Positions 47,363-56,839 are shown, numbered from the stretch's first letter. The stretch is DNA of 64,000 nt from Minisyncoccota bacterium (GCA_041658325.1 JBBAAI010000003.1:2201-66200); one strand, 5' to 3'. The notes: generated from the sequence alone by a model not told the origin. A program made the numbers and translations.

Positions 47363-47578
47363 ATGCCACTAATGATCGCAGAAGTAAAAGATGAGATCAT
47401 CGGGGAGTGGAAGGAGTTTCCATTTTCTACCATTGAAGAGTGGAAGGAAAATGCTTTCAGGGGTTGGGGTACGTTGTTTTCACAACCGGACTTAGATTTT
47501 CCTGATATTCAAATCTTCAAGCTTGTTAGTTGCAGAGAGAAAGATATGTTTTTTGCCGTTCAAATCCCGCCAACATGA
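47363..47578 (+). CDS. Small orphan protein (71 aa)
   Basis: SD AAGGGGG; promoter TGGACA-17-TAGAAT (47284-47312); hairpin over stop codon. Confidence 0.65.
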   Translation: MPLMIAEVKDEIIGEWKEFPFSTIEEWKENAFRGWGTLFSQPDLDFPDIQIFKLVSCREKDMFFAVQIPPT

Positions 47579-47591
47579 GCGGGATTTTTTA
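47562..47591 (+). terminator. Intrinsic terminator overlapping stop
   Basis: AAATCCCGC-CAACATGA-GCGGGATTT + T tract. Confidence 0.7.
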
Positions 47592-47897
47592 TTAATTTTT
47601 CTGCGCTGTTTTATTCGGCATGCCAATAATTTCTTTGTAGAATGTTATGAACACCGTATTAGTAGCTTGTCGCACCCCATATACGGTATCAGTAATAGTA
47701 CAATCATAAGATACTTTTTCAGTGTATCCAAAAGGCACTTTACGTATTGAATCTCTATCAATAAACATTGCGCAAAGATTTTCATTTTGTTCTTGCATTT
47801 GAGCAACTCTTGAATCAACTATATTCAAAGCTTCTTCCACTTTCAGCCACGGAGCCCAAGCTAAAACAACTAAACCTAAAATTATTAAGTATTTCAT
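47592..47897 (-). CDS. Hypothetical exported protein
   Basis: Signal peptide MKYLIILGLVVLAWAPW, two Cys; TG-A-TATAAT 9 nt upstream. Confidence 0.7.
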   Translation of the reverse strand: MKYLIILGLVVLAWAPWLKVEEALNIVDSRVAQMQEQNENLCAMFIDRDSIRKVPFGYTEKVSYDCTITDTVYGVRQATNTVFITFYKEIIGMPNKTAQKN

Positions 47898-48046
47898 AGT
47901 AAATTTATTATATCATTTTGCGATTTTGTGTGATTATTAGCCTGTTAAGAACGTAGTTGACAAAAGCATATTAATAGTGTTACAATACGCAAGGAATATT
48001 TTAGGTTAAATAACTTGTCCCGTAGGGGACGGAAAGGAGGGCCCCG

Positions 48047-48457
48047 ATGTGGCTAACCGTAGAAAAGGCAAGACATCTTCGCCGCGGAATCCTGGAAATC
48101 GTGTTTATTGAAAAGTGTTGCATGTTTTTGGGCAAAATTGAAGATGAAGAGGTTGTTGTCACTGACGGCAAGCTCTCCATCAAGATTGCGCTTCAAGAAC
48201 ACAAACAGCTCAAGGGGGTAAGAAAGGACTTAACCCCAACACCGTCGGAATATGTGGTGGGTCGACCCATTGAGCTCGAGATCGATTTGACTGTTTTTTC
48301 CGTCGAAAACCTCGGACCTTCTTCTGGTGAGGTGGGCGGAGGAGACAGGATTTTCATTATCTCACCAGATACCAAAAAAGTATTCATCTTCTACCCAGCG
48401 AGTGACATTCGGGAAGAAGAGTATCTCTTGAACGAACCTTCCGTTGCCAACATGTGA
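48047..48457 (+). CDS. Orphan protein (136 aa)
   Basis: Promoter TTGACA-18-TACAAT (47957-47986), SD AAGGAGG, terminator over stop. Confidence 0.7.
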   Translation: MWLTVEKARHLRRGILEIVFIEKCCMFLGKIEDEEVVVTDGKLSIKIALQEHKQLKGVRKDLTPTPSEYVVGRPIELEIDLTVFSVENLGPSSGEVGGGDRIFIISPDTKKVFIFYPASDIREEEYLLNEPSVANM

Positions 48458-48476
48458 GCGGAGGGTTCTTTTTTTA
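48433..48476 (+). terminator. Intrinsic terminator overlapping stop
   Basis: GAACCTTCCG...CGGAGGGTTC + T7. Confidence 0.7.
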
Positions 48477-48520
48477 CCTATTTGTGAACTAATCATGACA
48501 TTTGCAAAAGTTTCATTTTG

Positions 48521-48592
48521 TGACCCTACCGGGAATCGAACCCGAATTTAATCCTTGAGAAGGATCCGTCCTAACCGTTAGACGATAGGGCC
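48521..48592 (-). tRNA. tRNA-Glu(CTC)
   Basis: GGCCCTA acceptor, GATCC-TTCTCAA-GGATT, canonical GG D loop and TTCGATT T loop. Confidence 0.95.
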
Positions 48593-48675
48593 AATTAGGA
48601 AAATATAGCATTTTTAATGAAAAATCAAAAATATTTTTGGGTGTGTGTATGATATAATGTAAATAATCTTTGTTT

Positions 48676-48701
48676 TGTAATAAAATAACAGATTATTCGT
48701 C
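48676..48701 (+). promoter_or_regulatory. ECF-type autoregulatory promoter
   Basis: TGTAAT-16-CGTC, 7 nt before the sigma factor ATG; resembles Bacillus sigmaW/X/M class (AAC...CGT). Confidence 0.6.
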
Positions 48702-48708
48702 ATTAACT

Positions 48709-49218
48709 ATGGATACCAAAGAAGAAAAAAACAATAATTTGTTCATTGAGCTTTACGATACTCACGCAGACGCTATTTTTCGTTTTTGTTATTTTAAAAC
48801 GGGGAATAGAGAAATTGCAAAAGATCTCACCCAAGACATTTTCATAAAAGTATTAAATTATCTTGGAAGGAAAGAATTGCGAAATGCTAAAAGTTTTATT
48901 TATACAATTGCGAAAAATACCGTTATTGATTATTGGAGAAAAAGCAAAAGCCTTACCGAAAATCAATTGCCCGAAGGATTTTTGGAAGCTGTAGCAGAAA
49001 AAGACAATACAGAAAGCGACATAGATTATTCAATTTTTCTTTCATTATTAGACAAGTTATCTGAATCTGATCGAGAAGTTATTCTTTTACGTTACATCGA
49101 AGATATGAGTTCTAAAGACATGGCAGAATTACTCGGTGAACGTGAAAACACAATATTGGTACGGATCAGCCGAGCCAAGGAAAAATTGAGGAATTTATTA
49201 AAAGAAATTGCAAATTAA
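48709..49218 (+). CDS. ECF RNA polymerase sigma factor
   Basis: AKDLTQDIF, FIYTIAKNTVIDYWRK, REVILLRY, RISRAKEKLR. Confidence 0.93.
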   Translation: MDTKEEKNNNLFIELYDTHADAIFRFCYFKTGNREIAKDLTQDIFIKVLNYLGRKELRNAKSFIYTIAKNTVIDYWRKSKSLTENQLPEGFLEAVAEKDNTESDIDYSIFLSLLDKLSESDREVILLRYIEDMSSKDMAELLGERENTILVRISRAKEKLRNLLKEIAN

Positions 49219-49219
49219 A

Positions 49220-50308
49220 ATGGATAAAGAATTTGAGTCTATAATTAAAGCGGTAAAAAATATTAAACTCTCAGAAAACGAGAAAGCGGAAATGCGTGCC
49301 TCTTTGTTTGCAAACTTTGCTTCTTTGGAAAAAGAGGAATACCAAAATGAAACTGGTTTCAGAAACACTCGTTTGTATTATTTTATGACCGGTGGATACA
49401 GATATAAATTTGCGCCAGCATTTATGATAATTCTCATAGTTATTCTTACCGGCGGCACTTCTACTTTTGCAGAGAAAGCTATCCCTGGGAATTTTCTTTA
49501 TGTAGCAAAAATATTAATAAATGAGCCCATCATAGAGGCACTTTCTTTGTCAGAAGAAAAAAAAGTTGAATGGCAAGGGAAACTTGTAGAGCGCAGACTT
49601 GAAGAAGCGCAAAAGCTTGTTTCTCGTAATAGTCTTGATGAAAATACAAGAATTTTTCTAGAAGATAAAATAAAAAATCAGATTGATGAGTTTAGCGTAA
49701 GTGCGAACGAACTTGCTTTACAAAAAAACGAATCTACAAATTCTTCCGATTTGAATATCAGATTGCAAGCGTCCCTTAAAGCTTATCGAAACGTGCTTAC
49801 GACGCTTTCTGATAAAACAGATATCGAGACAAATACAAAAAAAGAAACAAAAAAATTACTTGCCACCTTGGAAAAATCTCAAAACAAAGTGAGAGGTAAT
49901 CATGATAATCTTGAATTAAATATGAATTCTTCTCTGCTTGCGAAAAAAACTGAAGCTTTAAATTTATTAAATTCAGCAAAACTTTTATATGAAAAAGAAA
50001 AAGTAAATTTATCAATCAATATTCAAAATCAAATTAATTACAAGCTTGCAGAAGCTGAAACAAGGCTAGAAGAAGATAAAACAGCTGTTTCTTCTATTGA
50101 AAACATAAATGAATTTGACGAATCCCTGTCTGCTATAAATTCAATAAATGAAGCAAAATTGTTAATGCTTTCCAATGTAATGAAGGATGATATTGAGAAC
50201 CAAATGGGCATTAAGGAATATGGTAGTGATATCGAAGATAGTCAATTAGAAAATACTGAAGAAGTTAAGGTAAATTTATCTGAGCCGGAATTAAATAAAA
50301 CAAACTAG
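49220..50308 (+). CDS. Probable anti-sigma factor, single TM, DUF5667-like domain
   Basis: Directly after ECF sigma; TM then AEKAIPGNFLY.AK..INE...ERRLEEA. Confidence 0.7.
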   Translation: MDKEFESIIKAVKNIKLSENEKAEMRASLFANFASLEKEEYQNETGFRNTRLYYFMTGGYRYKFAPAFMIILIVILTGGTSTFAEKAIPGNFLYVAKILINEPIIEALSLSEEKKVEWQGKLVERRLEEAQKLVSRNSLDENTRIFLEDKIKNQIDEFSVSANELALQKNESTNSSDLNIRLQASLKAYRNVLTTLSDKTDIETNTKKETKKLLATLEKSQNKVRGNHDNLELNMNSSLLAKKTEALNLLNSAKLLYEKEKVNLSINIQNQINYKLAEAETRLEEDKTAVSSIENINEFDESLSAINSINEAKLLMLSNVMKDDIENQMGIKEYGSDIEDSQLENTEEVKVNLSEPELNKTN

Positions 50309-50332
50309 TTAAAACTTTATTATATTATCTGT

Positions 50333-50370
50333 AAAAAAAGAGTGGGGCGGTCTGCAACGCAGACCGCCCC
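50333..50370 (-). terminator. Intrinsic terminator of putative ncRNA
   Basis: GGGGCGGTCTGC-GTT-GCAGACCGCCCC followed by ACTCTTTTTTT on minus strand. Confidence 0.85.
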
Positions 50371-50578
50371 GATGGAGACCTGGAATGTCCGGTGGAGCCA
50401 TGTTCTGACGCCTAAGGATACGCGTTCCGGGCGAAAGGGGGAGGGGTGCCCTCTTCCAAGCAGTGCCCGTATTGTAACCCTTACACGTCGTCCGGATTTT
50501 CGATGAGAACGTCTTTGGGGTAGAGATGCTGGATATCTAATCCAGCGAAGACACCTCATGAGCCGCTTCCAGGTCGAT
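50333..50578 (-). ncRNA. Unidentified structured non-coding RNA (6S-like size)
   Basis: Promoter TTGATT-17-TAAGAT (50585-50613), 9-bp closing stem GACCTGGAA/TTCCAGGTC, internal stems, terminator; GC-rich island; no credible ORF. Confidence 0.65.
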
Positions 50579-50621
50579 AGGTGTATCTTATATTAAATAC
50601 TATAAAAAATCAAGAATAGTT

Positions 50622-51665
50622 TTAATCCTCAATTTTGGGTTTTTCTATTTCAAGGAGAGAAAGTTCTGGCGAAGAACCGGCGATGCGAAGCACGTCTTTA
50701 TCTATCTTTTTTAATTCTTTATTGGAAGAATTGTAGTGATTTACTACTGTGCCCAAAGCATTACCGAGTTTATTATGATATTCATCATAGGATTTTAAAT
50801 GCTTTCCGAGGTCTTCCACTTTTTTAATTATTTCCTTGGCGGACTCTTCGATTTTTAATGCCTTAAGTCCTTGTAAAACAGTTTGTAAATATGCGAGGAA
50901 AGAAGTGGGAGAAGTAATAATAACTTTATATTTTCCAGCCGCACGCTGAATAAGATTTTCATTATCTTCCGAGGCGCCGACCTTATTTGTAATTAAATCA
51001 TAATAGATAGCTTCATGTGGAATAAACATAAAAGCAAAATCAGTGGTGCCCTTTGCGGGTTGAATATATTTTGCTGTTTCAGTAATGCGATTTTTTAAAT
51101 CGTTTACGAAAATAGTTTCTAGTCTTTTTTTCTCTGCGCCTTCGCGTTCCTCTGCCATTTTATTATAATTTTCTAGTGAGAATTTTGAATCTATCGGAAT
51201 AATTTTATCTTTTACAAAAACAACAGCATCCACGATAGTGCCGTCTGGGAAAGGATATTGCATTTGATAGCTACCGGGAGGAAGAACATTTTTCAAAACA
51301 GTTTCTAAATAATATTCGCCGAGAATTCCGCGTTGTTTTGGGTTTTTTAAAATATTTTCTAGGCTTTGAAGCTGATCAGCAAAAGAAATGACTTGCTTGT
51401 TCGTCTCATCTAAGCGAGTGAGTCGTTCTGTGACGTCACGAATTATTTTATTTGATTCAGAAGAATGAAATTTAAGACTTTCGTTGACCTGTTTATGTGA
51501 TTCGCCGATTTTATTATCTACTGTTCTAGAAAGCTCATTTAATTGAGTAAGAATAAGTTGCAAACCAATGTCGTCATTTTTTTCTTCTTTTTTTCTACCA
51601 AAAATAAAATAGGCAACTATCCCACCTCCTATTATCCCGATTATTATCCAAACAGTGTTTTGCAT
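50622..51665 (-). CDS. rmuC: DNA recombination protein RmuC
   Basis: N-terminal TM, coiled coil, NPKQRGILGE, PIDSKF, TTDFAFMFIP.E, SPTS. Confidence 0.92.
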   Translation of the reverse strand: MQNTVWIIIGIIGGGIVAYFIFGRKKEEKNDDIGLQLILTQLNELSRTVDNKIGESHKQVNESLKFHSSESNKIIRDVTERLTRLDETNKQVISFADQLQSLENILKNPKQRGILGEYYLETVLKNVLPPGSYQMQYPFPDGTIVDAVVFVKDKIIPIDSKFSLENYNKMAEEREGAEKKRLETIFVNDLKNRITETAKYIQPAKGTTDFAFMFIPHEAIYYDLITNKVGASEDNENLIQRAAGKYKVIITSPTSFLAYLQTVLQGLKALKIEESAKEIIKKVEDLGKHLKSYDEYHNKLGNALGTVVNHYNSSNKELKKIDKDVLRIAGSSPELSLLEIEKPKIED

Positions 51666-51669
51666 AAGT

Positions 51670-52386
51670 TTATTTTCCTAAATGATGTTTTAATGTATAA
51701 ATCCAATCTTCGTCTATTTGGTCACTTTCAAGTTTCTGAGCAAGTAGCCATTCTAAATATCCGCGATCAATTTTAGCAACTTCCTCAATTTGTTTACCGT
51801 TGTGTTTGCCGAAACTAAATGAACGTAAAAGGGAAGGATGCGAAGAAATTTCTATCATTTTTTCTATTGCTTGATTTTCGTCTGAATTTTCCTCTTTCAT
51901 TATTTTGTCTTTTAATCTTTCAAAAAGTTTTTCTAAAACTAAAACATCGCCCATGGCGTCATGTGCTACAGCTTCCACGTCGAGGTCGAGCAAATACCGC
52001 AAATATTGCAAATTATACCTTTCTATTTTTCCTTCTTTGTTTAATTCTCTCGCGACGCGAAGAGTGCAAATGAATTTGTTCGGTTTTATTCCTTCTTTTT
52101 CTATAATCATTAAGTCAAAAGGCGCATTGTGTGCTATAACAACAGAATTTTTATTTTCAAAAAGTTTCTTAATTATTGGTTGGTCAGTGCTTTCTTTAAA
52201 AATTGGTTTATCCGCAACCATCTTATTTGTAATATGATGTATCGCCGAAGCTTCAGGGGGGATTTTAGTTTCGGGTAGGTAAAGGCCAACGAAACTTTCA
52301 TCGTCATATTTATATGCAATTTGGACAAGAAAATCTTTCTCTGTGTTGCCTGTGGTCTCTGTATCAAAAAATATTAACTTCTGCAT
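51670..52386 (-). CDS. DEDDh 3'-5' exonuclease (DnaQ/ExoX-like)
   Basis: FDTETTG, AHNAPFD, HDAMGDV, C-terminal FGKHNG...YLEWL. Confidence 0.9.
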   Translation of the reverse strand: MQKLIFFDTETTGNTEKDFLVQIAYKYDDESFVGLYLPETKIPPEASAIHHITNKMVADKPIFKESTDQPIIKKLFENKNSVVIAHNAPFDLMIIEKEGIKPNKFICTLRVARELNKEGKIERYNLQYLRYLLDLDVEAVAHDAMGDVLVLEKLFERLKDKIMKEENSDENQAIEKMIEISSHPSLLRSFSFGKHNGKQIEEVAKIDRGYLEWLLAQKLESDQIDEDWIYTLKHHLGK

Positions 52387-52425
52387 AGTGTTATTTTAGC
52401 ACATTTCTGATATAATTTATCTATT

Positions 52426-52875
52426 ATGTTGCACGAACAAATTAAAAATGGAATTAAAGAGGCGATACTAGCGAAGGATGCCTTGCGTTTGAAGGTTTTT
52501 CGAGGGATGTCCGCGGCTTTTACTAATGAGCTTGTTGCTAAAAGCAAAAAACCAAATGAAATGCTTGCGGATGAAGAAGCGTTGGCTGTTATAGCGCGTC
52601 TTGCAAAACAGAGAAAAGACTCAATAGAACAATTCAAAAAGGGGAATCGCGAAGATTTAGTAAAAGAAGAAGAGTCCGAATTAGCAATTTTAGATACATT
52701 TCTACCTAAATTGATGGAGAAGACTGAAGTAGAAAAAATTGTCAAGCAAAAAAAAGATGAACTCAATATTATTGATGCCACAAAAAAGGGAATGTTGATG
52801 TCTGCATTAATGAAAGAATTAAAAGGAAAAGCTGACGGAATGGTAGTGAAAGAAGTTGTGGATTCTCTTTTCTAA
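52426..52875 (+). CDS. GatB/YqeY domain protein
   Basis: AKQRKDSIEQF..GNR.DL...E..E...L..FLP, KGKADG. Confidence 0.92.
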   Translation: MLHEQIKNGIKEAILAKDALRLKVFRGMSAAFTNELVAKSKKPNEMLADEEALAVIARLAKQRKDSIEQFKKGNREDLVKEEESELAILDTFLPKLMEKTEVEKIVKQKKDELNIIDATKKGMLMSALMKELKGKADGMVVKEVVDSLF

Positions 52876-52878
52876 TTT

Positions 52879-53484
52879 ATGCATACAGTAAATCTTTTAA
52901 TCAGCTTAGTGGAAGATCATCAAGTTTTAGCTTACATTTTAATTTTTTTAGGATTAATTCTAGAAGGAGAGTTTTTCTTAATTTTTACAGGAATTTTAAC
53001 TCATTTAGGTGCATTAAATTTGTATATTACTCTTTTCGTTGTTCTTTCGGGGGGACTATCTAAAACTTTTATCGGATATGCCTTGGGAGAATTTTTATTT
53101 AAAATATTTAATCATCATAAATTTTTCAAATATATCCAAAAACGAGTATATAGTATTTTACCTAGATTCAAAACAAAACCTTTTTGGTCTATTTTTATTT
53201 CCAAATTTATAATTGGTGCAAATAATATTGTTATCATATTTTCTGGCTATGAAAAAATTGATTATAGAAAATTTTTAAAAGCAGAAATTTCAGCTACAAT
53301 GATTTGGGCGCCGTTAATGTTACTGCTTGGTTATTTCTTCAGTTATACCGCACTTAATATCAGTAAAGATGTTTGGAATTTTTTAGTAGTGATTTTTGTA
53401 TTATATATAATATTTATTTTATTTGATAAACTAATCAGTTGGATTTATGAATTATTTGAAGAACCAGATGATGAAAACAATTAA
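52879..53484 (+). CDS. DedA family membrane protein
   Basis: LEGE, GYALG, IFISKFI, IWAPL..LGY. Confidence 0.8.
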   Translation: MHTVNLLISLVEDHQVLAYILIFLGLILEGEFFLIFTGILTHLGALNLYITLFVVLSGGLSKTFIGYALGEFLFKIFNHHKFFKYIQKRVYSILPRFKTKPFWSIFISKFIIGANNIVIIFSGYEKIDYRKFLKAEISATMIWAPLMLLLGYFFSYTALNISKDVWNFLVVIFVLYIIFILFDKLISWIYELFEEPDDENN

Positions 53485-54373
53485 AATTAACAAATTAGTT
53501 ACCCATGATGGACCCTTTCATTCCGATGATATTTTCGCTTGCGCCACCATTGCTCTTTTTTTAGAAAAGAAGAAGGAAAAGTTTAAAATAATTAGAACTA
53601 GAGACGAAAAAATAATAAATAATGGAGATTATGTTTTTGATATTGGAGGAATTTACAATGAAAAGAAAAATATATTTGATCATCATCAAAAAGGAGGTGC
53701 AGGAAAAAGAAGTAACGGAATAGAATATGCTTCATTTGGCTTAGTGTGGAAGAAATTCGGTCCGAAAATTTCTGGATCCTCTACCATAGCAAGTGCTATA
53801 GATGAAAGTTTGGTTTCTCCCATCGATGCCGACGATAACGGTATAGATTTATTCAAAAGCACACACGACGTTTCTCCTTTTCTGCTTCAAGATTTTTTTA
53901 AATTAATGCGTCCCATATCTAATCAGAAGCCAGAAAATTATGATAAAAACTTTTTAAAGTCTGTAAAAGTAGCAAAAGAGATTTTATCCAGAATCATCAT
54001 ACGTGGTAAAAATGAAATTCAGAATGAACGCATTGTTGCTAGGGCTTGTGAGAGTGCCGTCAATAAGAAAATTATTATTTTGGATAAATATTATCCACCT
54101 GGAAAAACTTTTTACAAATTTCCTAAAGCACTTTTTATTATTTTTCCAAAAGAAATTGATCATTCCTGGGTTATAAAAACTATCAAAAAAAACGGAGAAG
54201 GTTATAAAAGCAGAAAAGATTTTCCTTCAATGTGGGGTGGGCTTCAAGATAAGGAATTGCAAAAAGTATCCGGAATTAAAGAAGCTGTATTTTGTCACAA
54301 GGGGCTTTTCTTGGCTGTGGCGAAAACAAAAGAAGGGGCTATTAAATTGGCGCAAATTGCGGTAGAATCATAA
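53471..54373 (+). CDS. MYG1 family protein
   Basis: THDGPFHSDD, DIGG.Y....FDHHQ, IDADDNG, FCHKGLF. Confidence 0.92.
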   Translation: MKTIKINKLVTHDGPFHSDDIFACATIALFLEKKKEKFKIIRTRDEKIINNGDYVFDIGGIYNEKKNIFDHHQKGGAGKRSNGIEYASFGLVWKKFGPKISGSSTIASAIDESLVSPIDADDNGIDLFKSTHDVSPFLLQDFFKLMRPISNQKPENYDKNFLKSVKVAKEILSRIIIRGKNEIQNERIVARACESAVNKKIIILDKYYPPGKTFYKFPKALFIIFPKEIDHSWVIKTIKKNGEGYKSRKDFPSMWGGLQDKELQKVSGIKEAVFCHKGLFLAVAKTKEGAIKLAQIAVES

Positions 54374-54374
54374 T

Positions 54375-55385
54375 ATGGCGTTTATCGATGAAATGAAAAT
54401 AGAAGCTGCCGCTGGACGTGGCGGTGATGGCGTTGTGCGTTGGCGTCAAGAAAAATTTGTACCAAAAGGTGGACCGGCAGGGGGAGATGCTGGACGCGGG
54501 GGAAATTTTTATATTCTAGCAGTACGAGATGTACACATACTTTCAAAATATAAAGCAAAAAAAAGTTTTGCTGCTGGGCGAGGTGAAGATGGAGGTAAAA
54601 AAAGTTTGCATGGAAAAAATGGAGAAGATTTTGTTTTAGAATTGCCCATTGGTTCTATTATTACAAATCTTGAGACCGACGAAAGTTGGCAACTCCTTGA
54701 AGAAGGGCAAAAAGAATTAATTTTAAAAGGTGGATATGGTGGTTTCGGCAATGAACATTTTAAAAGTTCTACCAATACGACTCCAAAAGAATCACGACAA
54801 GGGCAAGAAGGAGAAAAAGGAAATTTCAAAATAGAATTAGAACTTTTCGCTGATATTGGATTGATTGGACTTCCCAACGCTGGTAAAACATCATTACTTA
54901 ATTCATTAACAAACGCACAGGCCAAAGTCGGAGATTACGCTTTTACCACACTTGACCCTAATTTGGGTGATTTTTATGGTTATATTATCGCCGATATCCC
55001 GGGACTTATAGAAGGAGCATCGGAAGGTAAGGGTCTTGGTATTAAATTTTTACGTCATATAAAACGTACTAAAATGCTTGCGCACTTAATATCTTTTGAA
55101 AATTTATCAAAAGGTTCCACGGGCATGATGAAAGTATATAAAGAGATTCGCAAAGAGTTGGAACAATATGATAAAAAATTGGGTTTAGGGGATGAAGGAT
55201 TGGCTTCAAAAAAAGAAATAATAATTTTAACTAAGAGTGATGTAATAGATGATGAAAAAATAATCAAAAAAGAAGTTGAAAAATTTAAAAAACTCGATAA
55301 TAAAGTTTTTATTTTGTCGTTGTTTGATGATAAAATGGTAAAGAAATTTAGCGATGAATTGGCAAAAATTCTAAAAAAGAAATAA
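54375..55385 (+). CDS. obgE: GTPase Obg (no C-terminal extension)
   Basis: FIDE...AGRGGDG, GLPNAGKT, FTTLDPNLG, DIPGLIEGAS. Confidence 0.96.
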   Translation: MAFIDEMKIEAAAGRGGDGVVRWRQEKFVPKGGPAGGDAGRGGNFYILAVRDVHILSKYKAKKSFAAGRGEDGGKKSLHGKNGEDFVLELPIGSIITNLETDESWQLLEEGQKELILKGGYGGFGNEHFKSSTNTTPKESRQGQEGEKGNFKIELELFADIGLIGLPNAGKTSLLNSLTNAQAKVGDYAFTTLDPNLGDFYGYIIADIPGLIEGASEGKGLGIKFLRHIKRTKMLAHLISFENLSKGSTGMMKVYKEIRKELEQYDKKLGLGDEGLASKKEIIILTKSDVIDDEKIIKKEVEKFKKLDNKVFILSLFDDKMVKKFSDELAKILKKK

Positions 55386-55387
55386 AT

Positions 55388-56839
55388 ATGGCGACTAAAT
55401 ATTATCCGACAATTGGACTTGAAATACATGCAGAATTAAAAACACGAACTAAAATGTTTTGTGGATGCAAGAATGATCCAGACGAAGAAAAACCGAATGT
55501 AAATATTTGTCCCGTATGTATGGCACATCCAGGGGCTTTACCTGTGGCAAACAAAAAAGCCATAGAAAATGTGATAAAAGTTGGCTTGGCGATTAATGGG
55601 AAAATTGCAGATTTTTCAGAATTTGATCGAAAAAATTATTTTTATCCAGACATACCAAAAGGCTACCAAATTTCTCAATACAAATATCCAATAGTTTCTG
55701 GCGGGCATTTAGCTGATATGGATGTTACTCGTATACACCTAGAAGAAGATACAGCGAATAATAAACATTTGGCTGGCGACCCCGCCGGAGACGGGGCAGG
55801 TTTCTCCTTAATAGATTTTAATCGTGCCGGAGTGCCGTTAATGGAACTTGTTACTGAACCGCATACTTTTGATAATGCTGAAGAAACAGCGAAAAAAGCT
55901 ACGAAATTTGCCAAGGAATTGCAATTAGTACTTTGGTATTTGGATGTATCTGAAGCGAATATGGAAAAGGGAGAAATGCGAGTAGAGGCAAACATTTCTA
56001 TCTCTCCAGATAAAAATAAATTAGGCACGAAAGTAGAAGTAAAAAATCTAAATTCTTTTAGAGCTGTTGAGCGTGCTATCAAATATGAAGTGGATAGGAT
56101 GACAGAACTTTTAGAGAATGACAAGGGCGCAGAAATTGTGCAAGAAACGCGTGGTTGGGATGAAAACAAACAGCAAACTTTTTCCCAAAGGAAAAAAGAG
56201 GGAAGTGCGGACTATCGATACTTCCCGGATCCAGATTTGCCAAAAATGAAACTGCACGAAGCATTTCCATTAGAGAAAATGAAAAAAGAATTACCAGAAT
56301 TACCAGAAACAAAAAGAGCGAGATATAAAAAAGATTTTGGTATAAAAGATGAAGACATAGAAGTTTATATTAATGATCCAGTCCTTGGAATTTGGTTTGA
56401 GAATGTTGCTAAAATTTTAAACGATAAAGACAAGATAAAAACAGCATCGAATTATGTGACTTCTGATTATTTAGGAATTAAAAAGAATAATCCAGAAGCG
56501 AAACTGCCCATTTCGAATAATTTTTCTGAATTAATTAATTTGGTTGTTGAAAATAAAATTTCTTCTCGCGCGGCAAAAGATATTTTAGCAATGATTGTTA
56601 TTAATGATGAATCACCATTTAAAATTGCCACAGATAAAAACTTACTTCAGAGTAGTGATACAAATGCCCTAAAAGAAGTTGCGCAAAAGATAATTGATAC
56701 TAATCCGAAAGTCGTGGCAGACTACAAGGGTGGTAAAGAACAAGCATTGATGTCCCTAGTCGGGCAGATGATGAAAGAAACAAAAGGAAGCGCTAATCCA
56801 GCAGTTACTAAACAATTATTCATAGACTTGTTAAAATAA
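55388..56839 (+). CDS. gatB: Asp/Glu-tRNA amidotransferase subunit B
   Basis: IGLEIHAEL, RKNYFYPD, HLEED, VEVKNLNSF, YRYFPDPDL. Confidence 0.97.
   Translation: MATKYYPTIGLEIHAELKTRTKMFCGCKNDPDEEKPNVNICPVCMAHPGALPVANKKAIENVIKVGLAINGKIADFSEFDRKNYFYPDIPKGYQISQYKYPIVSGGHLADMDVTRIHLEEDTANNKHLAGDPAGDGAGFSLIDFNRAGVPLMELVTEPHTFDNAEETAKKATKFAKELQLVLWYLDVSEANMEKGEMRVEANISISPDKNKLGTKVEVKNLNSFRAVERAIKYEVDRMTELLENDKGAEIVQETRGWDENKQQTFSQRKKEGSADYRYFPDPDLPKMKLHEAFPLEKMKKELPELPETKRARYKKDFGIKDEDIEVYINDPVLGIWFENVAKILNDKDKIKTASNYVTSDYLGIKKNNPEAKLPISNNFSELINLVVENKISSRAAKDILAMIVINDESPFKIATDKNLLQSSDTNALKEVAQKIIDTNPKVVADYKGGKEQALMSLVGQMMKETKGSANPAVTKQLFIDLLK
55779..55800. repeat. Short GC-rich hairpin repeat, copy 2 (in frame in gatB)
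   Basis: ACCCCGCCGGAGACGGGGCAGG, encodes DPAGDGAG in loop before SLIDFNR. Confidence 0.55.

Noticed and set aside
47560-48476. Integron attC sites
   Set aside because: Hairpins too short, no paired RYYYAAC/GTTRRRY boxes, no integrase; genes have own promoters
50340-50410. tmRNA or RNase P identity (GGCTCCACC; CAGAACATGGCT)
   Set aside because: No T-arm before GGCTCCACC, GGGGC is part of terminator; no GAGGAAAGTC or P2/P3 arrangement; left to Rfam search
50320-50559. 79-aa ORF MRCLRWIR...
   Set aside because: Runs through its own terminator, atypical composition, no clear SD; better explained as structured RNA
55097-55125. Decayed REP in obgE (NLSKG) and similar GAGCTTGTCGAA at 25036, ATCCTGACTCGAGAAGGAT at 28690
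   Set aside because: Too short or degenerate to separate from chance by eye
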